Below are positions 1 through 11,150 of a stretch of DNA of 64,000 nt, in pieces. A model generated the notes under the pieces. The model made no database searches and was not told where the DNA came from. It worked only from the letters and a program-made list of their open reading frames with translations. The stretch is from Laetmonice hystrix. Taxonomy: Eukaryota. The position numbers were made by a program, and so were the translations under genes. The stretch covers positions 8,992,001 to 9,056,000 of the forward strand of contig OZ249436.1 of assembly GCA_965235115.1 (NCBI GenBank). The letters are read 5' to 3'. Every line of letters starts with the position of its first letter. The stretch's first letter is position 1.

Positions 1-852
1 AGGGGAGTGGCGGTGGCCTAGTGGGCATGGATGTCGACACCTTATGCTATGCGAATGGGTGCAGTAATCTTAGGGCCTGGGTTCGATTCCTGTAGAGGAC
101 TATACAACTTTTCTCTTTAGGGACATTGTCAAAGTAATTGGGTTACCCCTGATGCCCGTGCATTTCAAAAGAAAAATACAGTCTACGCCAGTGCCAGGAT
201 TACCTTAACAGTCAATGTTCGGTAGAAATCATGTGTAGCTCTAACTAGGAAAATATGGATTCAGTCTCATTTAAAAAAGATGTGTGTAGGGGGGAGGGTC
301 CATTGTCCTGCTCGACCACCAAAGCTCCTTTTTTTAGGGGAGTGGCGGTGGCCTAGTGGGCATGGATGTCGACACCTTATGCTATGCGAATGGGTGCAGT
401 AATCTTAGGGCCTGGGTTCGATTCCTGTAGAGGACTATACAACTTTTCTCTTTAGGGACATTGTCAAAGTAATTGGGTTACCCCTGATGCCCGTGCATTT
501 CAAAAGAAAAATACAGTCTACGCCAGTGCCAGGATTACCTTAACAGTCAATGTTCGGTAGAAATCATGTGTAGCTCTAACTAGGAAAATATGGATTCAGT
601 CTCATTTAAAAAAGATGTGTGTAGGGGGGAGGGTCCATTGTCCTGCTCGACCACCAAAGCTCCTTTTTTTAGGGGAGTGGCGGTGGCCTAGTGGGCATGG
701 ATGTCGACACCTTATGCTATGCGAATGGGTGCAGTAATCTTAGGGCCTGGGTTCGATTCCTGTAGAGGACTATACAACTTTTCTCTTTAGGGACATTGTC
801 AAAGTAATTGGGTTACCCCTGATGCCCGTGCATTTCAAAAGAAAAATACAGT
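1..852 (+). repeat. Tandem 335-bp unit with tRNA-like Pol III head (SINE-like), ~2.5 copies
   Basis: Near-identical units start at 1, 336 and 671. Each has an A-box-like TGGCCTAGTGG and a B-box GGTTCGATTCC (80-90). The third copy runs into the 52-bp satellite at AAATACAGT. The array may extend left of the window. Confidence 0.8.
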
Positions 853-2475
853 GATGGCTCCCTAGATGTATTGACCGGCCTAAGGCTGGAGCAAACACTA
901 CAGTGAGGGCTGCCAACATGGACTGACGGGCCTTATACTCGAGCAAACACTACAGTGAGGGCTCCCTACGTGGATTGACTGGAATTATACTCGAGTAAAC
1001 ACTACAGTGAGGGTTCCCTACATGTATTCAGTGGCGTCATACTCGAGCAAACACTACGGTGAGGGCTCCTTAGAGGTATTGACCGGCCTAAGACTGGAGC
1101 AAGCACTACAGACGTGAGGGCTGCCAACATGGACTGACGGGCCTTATCCTCGAGCAAACACTACAGTGAGAGCGACCTACATGTAATGACAGGACTTATA
1201 CTCGAGCAAACACTACAGTGAGGGCTCCCTATGTGGATTGACTGGAATTATACTCGAGTAAACACTACAGTGAGGGCTCTCTACATGTATTGACTGAGCT
1301 TAGACTGAAGCAAACACTACAGTGAGGGCTCCCTACATGTAGTGACTGGCCTCAGACTGCAGCAAACACTACAGCTAGTGAGGACTCTCTACATGTACTG
1401 ACTGGCCTTATACTCGAGTAAACACTAGAGTGAGGGCTGCCCACATGGACTGACTGGCCTTATACTCGAGCAAACACTACAGTGGGGGCTGCCTACATGT
1501 ACTGTCTGGCCTTAAACTCGAGCAAACACTAAAGTGAGGACTCTCTATATGTACTGACTGGCCTTATACTCGAGCAAACACTACAGTGAGGCTGCCCACA
1601 TGGACTGACTGGTCTGAATTATACTCGAGCAAACACTACAGTGAGGGTTACCTACATGTATTGACTGGCCTCAGACTGCAGCAAACACTACAGTGAGGGC
1701 AGCCAACATGTATTGATGGCCTTAAACTCGAGCAAAAACTACAGTGAGGAGTTTCTACATGTATTGACTGAGCTTCGACTGATGCAAACACTGCAGTGAG
1801 GGCTCCCTACATGTATTGACTGGCCTCAGACTGCAGCAAACACTACAGCTAGTGAGGACTCTCTACATGTACTGACTGGCCTTATACTCGAGTAAACACT
1901 AGAGTGAGGGCTGCCCACATGGACTGACTGGCCTTATACTCGAGCAAACACTACAGTGGGGGCTGCCTACATGTACTGTCTGGCCTTAAACTCGAGCAAA
2001 CACTAAAGTGAGGACTCTCTATATGTACTGACTGGCCTTATACTCGAGCAAACACTACAGTGAGGCTGCCCACATGGACTGACTGGTCTGAATTATACTC
2101 GAGCAAACACTACAGTGAGGGTTACCTACATGTATTGACTGGCCTCAGACTGCAGCAAACACTACAGTGAGGGCAGCCTACATGTATTGATGGCCTTAAA
2201 CTCGAGCAAAAACTACAGTGAGGAGTTTCTACATGTATTGACTGAGCTTCGACTGATGCAAACACTGCAGTGAGCGCTCCCTACATGTATTGACTGGCCT
2301 CAGACTGCAGCAAACACTACTGTGATGGCAGCCCACATGGAATGACTGGCTTTATACTCGAGGAAACACTACAGTGAGGGCTGGCTACATGTATTGATGA
2401 CCTTAAACTCGAGCAAAAACTACAGTGAGGAGTCTCTACATTTATTGACTGAGCCTAGTCTGAAGCAAACACTCG
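853..2475. repeat. ~52-bp diverged satellite (GAGCAAACACTACAGTGAGGGCTCCCTACATGTATTGACTGGCCTTATACTC)
   Basis: About 31 tandem variant copies; includes a 474-bp higher-order duplication (ACAGCTAGTG at 1371 and 1845). Confidence 0.95.
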
Positions 2476-2970
2476 CATGGGTGTCGACACCTTATGCTAT
2501 GCGAATGGGTGCAGTAATCTTGGGGCCGGGGTTCGATTCCTGTAGAGGACTATACAACTTTTCTCTTTAGGGACATTGTCAAAGTAATTGGGTTACCCCT
2601 GATGCCCGTGCATTTCAAAAGAAAAATACAGTCTACGCCAGTGCCAGGATTACCTTAACAGTCAATGTTCGGTAGAAATCATGACTGTGTAGCTCTATCT
2701 AGGAAAATATGGATTCCGTCTCATTTCGGAAGATGTGTGTAGGGGGGAGGGTCCATTGTCCTGCTCGACCACCAAAGCTCCTTTACTTAGGGGAGTGGCG
2801 GTGGCCGAGTGGGCATGGGTGTCGACACCTTATATGTTATGCGAATGGGTGCAGTAATCTTGGGGCCGGGGTTCGATTCATGTAGAGGACTATACAACTT
2901 TTCTCTTTAGGGACATTGTCAAAGTAATTGGGTTACCCCTGATGCCCGTGCATTTCAAAAGAAAAATACA
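2476..2970 (+). repeat. Further copies of the 335-bp tRNA-like unit (one 5'-truncated, one 3'-truncated)
   Basis: Same sequence as 1-335 with a few substitutions; the second copy starts ~2789 and again runs into the satellite at AAATACA (2964-2970). Confidence 0.85.
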
Positions 2971-3129
2971 ATGAGGGCTTCCTACATGTATTGAGCGGCT
3001 GTCCACATGGACTGACTGCCCAGCTAACAAAAACACGTGTTCAGCACGTGTCTGCCACGTATCAAAGTAGTGCAAAGCACGTGTCTGGGACACGTGTCCT
3101 TCACGTGTTTCTGTGAACACTTTTTCCCG

Positions 3130-3720
3130 TGTTAAACACGTGTCATATACACGTGTCAGAAAGACGTGTAAAGAACGTGTCAAACACGTGTTAGAAAGAC
3201 GTGTCAAAAACACGTCTAAAGAACGTGTTAGACACGTGTTAGAAACACGTGTCAGAAAGACGTGTAAAGAACGTGTTAGACACGTGTTAGAAACACGTGT
3301 CAGAAAGAAGTGTAACGAACGTGTTAGGCACGTGTTAGAAACACGTGTCAGAAAGACGTGTAAAGAACGTGTTAGGCACGTGTTAGAAACACGTGTCAGA
3401 AAGACGTGTAAAGAACGTGTTAGGCACGTTAGAAACACGTGTCAGAAAGACGTGTAAAGAACGTGTTAGGCACGTGTTAGAAACACGTGTCAGAAAGACG
3501 TGTAACGAACGTGTTAGGCACGTGTTAGAAACACGTGTCAGAAAGACGTGTAAAGAACGTGTTAGGCACGTGTTAGAAACACGTGTCAGAAAGACGTGTA
3601 ACGAACGTGTTAGGCACGTGTTAGAAACACGTGTCAGAAAGACGTGTAAAGAACGTGTTAGAAACACGTGTCAGAAACACGTGTTAGGAACGTGTTGGAC
3701 TGGTTACAAACACGTGTTTG
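3130..3720. repeat. 48-bp CACGTG/ACGTG-rich subterminal tandem array
   Basis: Unit ACACGTGTTAGAAACACGTGTCAGAAAGACGTGTAAAGAACGTGTTAG; 16-aa periodicity in the ORF track. Confidence 0.9.
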
Positions 3721-4044
3721 ATACCAGATTGTTACCAGTATAGAACGTCTTCTTCGCGTCTATAGCACGAGTTTTATTTTGCCGTTGATTATGAAATTTA
3801 ATGAGTAGAAAAAAACACACAAACAACATGTTTCAAGTTAATGTACCTTTATTGTATTAACTCTTTATTCCACTTTAATCCTCCTCGGACATTGCAGGCC
3901 GCCTCCTTGTTACTCCACTGACAGGTTGGGGCACCTTTAACGAAGAATAAAACACATGAGAATAGTCACACTCCTCACAAAGCAAAACTCGGTGGGGGTG
4001 GGGGTGGGGGTGAGCGATGTGTGATTTTCTTTAGATGCATCGGC

Positions 4045-4146
4045 ATAACCCATGCTGTTACTTTGAGAATGTCCGGAAAGAGAAAAGTTGTAGGCCTATA
4101 ATCCTCTACTGGAATTTAACCCGGGCCCCAACATTACTGCACCCAG
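4045..4146 (-). repeat. Diverged inverted fragment of the 335-bp tRNA-like unit
   Basis: Reverse complement reads TGGGTGCAGTAATGTTGGGGCCCGGGTTAAATTCCAGTAGAGGATTATA...CAACTTTTCTCTTT..GGACATTCTCAAAGTAA, matching ~56-145. Confidence 0.75.
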
Positions 4147-5361
4147 GTATCGCCGCTTGTGTGTGGGTGTGTGTGGAGGGGGGTGAGCAGGATTTTGAAG
4201 TACAATGAAAATACTACTAACCATTGTGTTGTTTTTTTTTTTTGCGTTGGCCTTGAGATATTCGGCAAGTGCCTTGTCCACAATTAACTCCGAATATTTC
4301 TCTGGGGACTTCCGTCGGCACGCTCCGATTGACAACAATGAAACTGACCTCATTACATATTCCATTTTTGGACTTGCTATTTTTTCACAACTTTAAAAAA
4401 AGTTTTGCAAAGTGTATATTTGATATACTTACGTCTGATCACGCTGTATACGCATGTTGCGTCAAACGCCTTTTGTGTGGTCCCATGCCGTTCCCCCTGC
4501 GGTCGTACCTGTGCCTCTTCTGCCCACGAAGACTGTAGCCCTTCAATCGTTGTCAAATAGGATATCTGTATACCAAAAAGGACAGCTAATAAGTAAGGTT
4601 CAAGGTTTTATTATGTTGATGTATATTTCTTTCTTTGCTTGGCTCCTTCGTGTTATTTTAACTATGTTTTTAGAAAAGGCACAATACTTAATCCTGTGAC
4701 CAAATACTAGGCCTATACTAGTACGTTCTTGCATCCAGCCATTAGTATTTTGCATACATTCACTGCAGTTTATGTAATTAATATCATTTTTTTCTTAGTC
4801 ATGTGGATGCATGAAAATGCCCCCGACTCATTTCTGCCGCCTAGGATGACATTCCGATGGTTGTCAGACTCCATGGCGCGCCTTTCCCAGACTCCATGTC
4901 CCAGTCACCCCGAGTCAGGTGCATGGTCAACTAAACGGGCGGCGGTCGCCCATGTTCCCGATACGGGAGTCCACAGGTGGCCGTCTTTAGATGGGGCCAG
5001 ATATGCCAATTTGGTCAAAAATCTCTTACCGAGCACTTAAAATAACAGGAATTCGTCGCAATAACCGCTGACTAATGAAATGATTGCTCAAAACTTTTAT
5101 TTAGATCTATAGGGAGAAATATCGACTGGAGAATAAAATGTACATGCACTTGGGACATGAAGTCTCACATACTGCGGACATAGCGCGTATATATATGGAG
5201 CATGGAGTCACTCACCCCATAGGGGTTATAGGCCTACTGGGGGGGGGGGGGGGGCAAAGTAAATGCTTAAGAGATGGGGGCCCTGCCCCCCCCCGGATCT
5301 GGCACGTAATCAACTGATGTATACACCCATTTGTGACTACACCGTGATCCTATAAAAACTG

Positions 5362-5661
5362 CATGTGGCGTATCCAGGGGGGTTTCCAAGTATCCCGGAA
5401 CCCCCTCCACCCTTAAAAAATTACTATATTAAGGACATTTTGGTAAAACAAGGGGTTTAAATTATATTATTTTAACCTAAGGAACCTTCAACCTTCACAT
5501 TTCCACACAAGATGTCCCGGGATTATTTGATGTCTTTTTAAAAAAATTCCTAGAGAACCATGGCGGTAGCTGTATAACAACACAGCCACACCATGTGTCA
5601 GACTCCTGTGAGGATACCTAAACTTCGGAAATCCCCCTTAAACATTTCTGGATACACCACT
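5362..5661. mobile_element. Degenerate MITE (CAG-type termini)
   Basis: GTGGCGTATCCAG ... CTGGATACACCACTG imperfect inverted ends; internal part recurs at ~6290-6460; no clean TSD. Confidence 0.45.
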
Positions 5662-7296
5662 GGACTGGCTGTGATTCCTTGACATAACATTGAAGGATAT
5701 TAAGAAAACGGACTCACCAAGATCAAGGTTTACGGTGCTGATTGATTGACAGGCGCTACAAGTTGAATCCGCACGACGGTTTGGTGAATCTGAAACCGTT
5801 GACACGTGATTCCCGCCAAAGGCGGAGGCAGAATCATCAACCTTCTGACCTGCCGGTCTTTCAAACATATCAACTCTCTAACTGGGTTAATTACTCCATC
5901 GTGCATGCGTGTAAGCACAGAAAGTATTTACCTAAGCCGACCTGTGACCTATATAAGAAGGGGTAAACTATGATTAACCTGAAGCTGGAGGAGCAATATG
6001 TAATGACGCTGAGTGAGAAATGAAAACTAGTAGACTAAATCAATATAAAAGAAATCGTATAGCATTGTTACGTGTTTGGAACACATTCAGCGGGGCTGGG
6101 GTATCGATAAGGTTCACATGGAACTTTAAAACGTGGGTATAACTTTGGTGATGTGCTTTTATGACCTCTTGCATGGTGGCCCAGCATGCTCTATATATAG
6201 CTGTGATGGGGTTACTGGAGATCGCACCCCCTTCATCAGTGCAGACATATTTATTGATGTACGGTGCAGACAAATCAAGTTTATGTAAAGAGGGGGGTTT
6301 TCAAGTATCCCGGACCCCCCTTAAAAAATTACTATATTTTGGACATATAACAGGAGTGTAAAAAGTGAAGTATTTTAACCAAGAAAATTAATCTTCATAT
6401 TTCCAAACAAGACGATTGCATTACCGGTATTTAATTAGTGTCTTTTTAAAAATTTCCCTAAATTGGCCTAAGGCTGTCGGAGCCCGTGGAGCACTGGATT
6501 CAGATCGGGGTATCTGTATGGGAGAAGTACGGAGGGCTCACATATGTACTAAATCCTTTTAGCCCAAATTTACCACACTTATGGAAACAAGTCTTGTAAA
6601 TGTGTAATCAAATTTAGTTAGCGCTTATGAAATAGAATGAAAGGCACCCCAAAGAAGCGATTAAAATAGGCAGACAGATCTATTTGAAGTTTCGTAATGT
6701 GCAGAACACATAAAGGCTATAATAAGGCCACATTTGATAGTATTTGAACATTTTTTGACCAATTACCGCGACTTCAAGAAAGTTATCGCTTTTTAGTGTA
6801 CAAGTCTCCAGTAACGTCTGGGCGGACCGGAAATGTGAAATAGTCAATTTCCTTAATTACGCATGAATTCGCCTGATACTTTTAATATATTCTCTTTGCT
6901 ACCTAGAAAAACGATTTGTGGTGGGTTTCTCCTGGTTTAAAATTGCACGGGGCCAAACAAAACTCAAATAATGCACCCTGGCCCCCCAGCGCTTGTGCTG
7001 CCACCTATCGGTTACCAGACGTGGTCACATTACGATAAACTTTAAATTACGCCGGATTCATTTTCATTTTCACACAAACACTTCAGTGCTTAATAGACCT
7101 ACGATGAGGATACCACGTGTATCTTTCTATGGATTTGTACAAATATTATGGAGGCCTATATTATAACTGTATAACTGTATTTAAAAAAACGCTTCTGAAG
7201 GCTGGCATTGTACGTAGTGCATGTTAGCCCTACAACAAATAGCGTACATTATACGGTAATCAAATCATATAGCCTAGGCCTAGCTGCATAATTGGG

Positions 7297-9110
7297 TAGG
7301 TATTCACCACACCAGTTTGGCATCAGATAGACACGTCCCACTAATATCACCGGTGAGGTCAACACGTTCTAAACACGTGTTATACACGGTAGGTGTTCAC
7401 CACACCAGTTTGACACCAGATAGACACGTCCCACTAATATCACTGGTGAGGTCAACACGTTCTAAACACGTGTTATACATGGTAGGTGTTCACCACACCA
7501 GTTTGACTCCAGATAGACACGTCCCACTAATATCACTGGTGAGGTCAACACGTTCTAAACACGTGTTATACACGGTAGGTGTTCACCACACCAGTTTGAT
7601 CCCAGATAGACACGTCCCACTAATATCACCGGTGAGGTCAACACGTTCTAAACACGTGTTATACACGGTAGGTGTTCACCACACCAGTTTGACACCAGAT
7701 AGACACGTCCCACTAATATCACCGGTGAGGTCAACACGTTCTAAACACGTGTTATACACGGTAGGTGTTCACCACACCAGTTTGACTCCAGATAGACTCG
7801 TCCCACTAATATCACTGGTGACGTCAACACGTTCTAAACACGTGTTATACACGGTAGGTGTTCACCACACCAGTTTGATCCCAGATAGACACGTCCCACT
7901 AATATCACCGGTGAGGTCAACACGTTCTAAACACGTGTTATACACGGTCGGTGTTCACCACACCAGTTTGACACCAGATAGACACGTCCCACTAATATCA
8001 CTGGTGAGGTCAACATGTTCTAAACACGTGTTATACACGGTAGGTGTTCACCACACCAGTTTGACACCAGATAGACACGTCCCACTAATATCACTGGTGA
8101 CGTCAACACGTTCTAAACACGTGTTATACACGTTAGGTGTTCACCACACCAGTTTGACACCAGATAGACACGTCCCACTAATATCACTAGTGAAGTCAAC
8201 ACGTTCTAAACACGTGTTATACACGGTAGGTGTTCACCACACCAGTTTGACACCAGATAGACACGTCCCACTAATATCACTGGTGAGGTCAACACGTTCT
8301 AAACACGTGTTATACACGGTAGGTGTTCACCACACCAGTTTGACTCCAGATAGACACGTCCCACTAATATCACTGGTGACGTCAACACGTTCTAAACACG
8401 TGTTATACACGGTAGGTGTTCACCACACCAGTTTGATCCCAGATAGACACGTCCCATTAATATCACTAGTGAAGTCAACACGTTCTAAACACGTGTTATA
8501 CACGGTCGGTGTTCACCACACCAGTTTGACACCAGATAGACACGTCCCACTAATAGCACTGGTGAGGTCAACACGTTCTAAACACGTGTTATACACGGTA
8601 GGTGTTCACCACACCAGTTTGACACCAGATAGACACGTCCCACTAATATCACTGGTGAGGTCAACATGTTCTAAACACGTGTTATACACGGTAGGTGTTC
8701 ACCACACCAGTTTGACACCAGATAGACACGTCCCACTAATATCACCGGTGAGGTCAACACGTTCTAAACACGTGTTATACACGGTAGGTGTTCACCACAC
8801 CAGTTTGACACCAGATAGACACGTCCCACTAATATCACTAGTGAAGTCAATACGTTCTAAACACGTGTTATACATGGTAGGTGTTCACCACACCAGTTTG
8901 ACACCAGATAGACACGTCCCACTAATATCACTGGTGAGGTCAACACGTTCTAAACACGTGTTATACACGTTAGGTGTTCACCACACCAGTTTGACACCAG
9001 ATAGACACGTCCCACTAATATCACTGGTGAGGTCAACACGTTCTAAACACGTGTTATACACGGTCGGTGTTCACCACACCAGTTTGACTCCAGCTAAACA
9101 CGTGTTAAAC
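7297..9110. repeat. 93-bp subterminal tandem array (~19 copies)
   Basis: Unit GTAGGTGTTCACCACACCAGTTTGACACCAGATAGACACGTCCCACTAATATCACTGGTGAGGTCAACACGTTCTAAACACGTGTTATACACG; explains the 631-aa ORF with 31-aa period. Confidence 0.95.
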
Positions 9111-9129
9111 ACGTGTCCTGTTTGCTGGG

Positions 9130-9451
9130 TGGCCTTATACTCAAGCAAACACTACAGTGAGGGCTCCCTACATGTATTGAGTGGCGTCATACTCGAGCAA
9201 ACACTACAGTGAGGACTCTCTACATTGTACTGACTGGCCTTATACTCCAGTAAACACTACAGTGAGGGCTGCCCGAGTGGACTGACTGGCCTTATACTCG
9301 AGCAAATACTATAGTACTATAGTGAGGGCTGCCTACATGTACTGACTGGCCTTAAACTCGAGCAGACACTAGAGTGGGGACTCTCTCCATGTACTGACCG
9401 ACCTTATACTCGAGCAAACACTACAGTGAGGGCAGCCCACATGGAATGACT
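9130..9451. repeat. 52-bp satellite between the two CACTA-like elements
   Basis: About 6 copies of the same unit as 853-2475. Confidence 0.9.
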
Positions 9452-9539
9452 CCCAGTCGGCACAAGACGTTTAAACAAGGTCTAGTCAAGGTCTAACGCG
9501 AACGTTTACTCAATCTCTAAATTTCACCTAAAATGAAAC

Positions 9540-10200
9540 ACCTAAAAACGTCTAAAGCTAAACGTTGATACAACGTCTAAAGTAAACGTTGATGCAACGT
9601 CTAAAGTAAACGTTGATACAACGTCTCAAAGTAAACGTTGACGAAATGTTTGAGGGCCAACGTTGATACAACGTCTAAAGTAAACGTTGACGAAATGTTT
9701 GAGGGCCAACGTTGATACAACGTCTAAAGTAAACGTTGACGAAATGTTTGAGGGCCAACGTTGATACAACGTCTAAAGTAAACGTTGACAAGATGTTTAA
9801 ATGTCAACGTTGATACAACGTCTAACTTAAATGTTTATTCAATGTTTATATTTGATCTAAAATTGACAACTAAAAAACGTCTAAAGTAAACGTTGACAAG
9901 ATGTTTAAATGTCAACGTTGATACAACGTCTAACTTAAATGTTTATTCAATGTTTATATTTGATCTAAAATTGACAACTAAAAAACGTCTAAAGTAAACG
10001 TTGACAAGATGTTTAAATGTCAACGTTGATACAACGTCTAACTTAAATGTTTATTCAATGTTTATATTTGATCTAAAATTGGCAACTAAAAAACGTCTAA
10101 AATAAACGTTGACAGAATGTTTGAATGTCAACGTTGCTACAACGTCTAACGCCAAATCAATGTTATTTTCACCTAAAATGGGCCACTAAAACGTCTGAAC
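9540..10200. repeat. Left subterminal array of element 2 (AACGTT/AACGTC motifs)
   Basis: Repeated AACGTTGATACAACGTCTAAAGTAAACGTTGAC in short and ~109-bp composite units. Confidence 0.85.
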
Positions 10201-10689
10201 GGTCCACAGTTCGCATTTTACCTAAAACAGAGAGTAATGTTCAGGTTAAGATTATTTATGAATTGTCGAATTAACTTTGTTCCACTTAACATTTCTTACA
10301 ATACATGTAAGCAGCTAATACGATGTAAGGTCGATATGCGACCCGGGCCTATGCCTAGTGCACTTTCCACCATTCGCCACTGTTACAAAAACATATACAC
10401 GTAGATGAGTCTATAGGACTAGGCCTACATGAAATGAGGACAAATCCGACAACATAGGGAGTACAGTTTAACAAGTTTATTTCAAACAGGTCGCTACAAC
10501 CTACCCCTACTAGACAAGAAACTGCCATAATTATGTTTCAGTACCGTAAAGTAAAGTACAAGTATGGTATTGAATATTCTAACCCCAGGTAAACTTGATT
10601 TGAGGAAAATAAAATTTCACAAAAGAAAACTCCCACTCTCGTGGCTAAACAGCTACCTTCAGGTAGGCCCCAGAAGGTCCACTTCTCTC

Positions 10690-11150
10690 AACATGAATGA
10701 GGTTAATACTGGAGTTCCCCTGTTTTCCTAATATATATATATATATATATATTAATGACCTTTTTTACAAACGTACCTCAATATAAATCCAAGTCTCAAC
10801 CTCCAAGTAAACCAAAAAATTATTGAAAGAGTACAGGTCACGAAGTTTCTAGGATTCATGATTGAAGATAACTTAGACTGGTCTAAACACATTTCTTACA
10901 TTTCTGACAAAATTGAACATTGGTCTGATATATAAATCTCGAAAAGCATTAAACACTGACATGTTAAGGACAATGTAGTTTACCCATATCTTAACAAAAG
11001 TTAGCAAACGTCTGGGGATCAACCTCAAAGAATCGTATATCATCTATTATTAAACTTCAGAAAAGAGCCGTAAGAGCTATCACGTTTTCTAAACGTCAAA
11101 AGGATAACAGCTGTTCAAGTCACGTAACATATTTCCTTTTGAAAAACTCT
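10690..11150 (+). pseudogene. Decayed CR1/L2-type LINE reverse transcriptase C-terminal fragment
   Basis: Frameshifted pieces read VNTGVP..LFLIY(I)NDL..IERVQVTKFLGFMIEDNLDWSKHISYI..VWGST..IIKLQKRAVRAIT, typical of CR1/L2 RT. Confidence 0.75.

Larger units (their letters stand above)
3019..9129. mobile_element. Non-autonomous CMC/EnSpm(CACTA)-like DNA transposon, element 1
   Basis: Termini CCCAGCTAACA (3019) and TGTTTGCTGGG (9129); 2-bp TSD TG (3017-18, 9130-31). Removal restores satellite ACTGACTGGCCTTATAC. CACGTG-rich subterminal arrays at both ends; no transposase ORF seen. Confidence 0.8.

Noticed and set aside
1..110. Functional tRNA gene
   Set aside because: A/B boxes are present but spacing is long and no convincing acceptor/anticodon stems could be paired; treated as tRNA-derived repeat.
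2890..3743. Overlapping ORFs on both strands
   Set aside because: Artefacts of the 48-bp palindromic array.
7317..9212. 631-aa ORF
   Set aside because: Translation of a 93-bp tandem array whose unit is a multiple of 3; non-ATG start, no domain, subterminal TE position.
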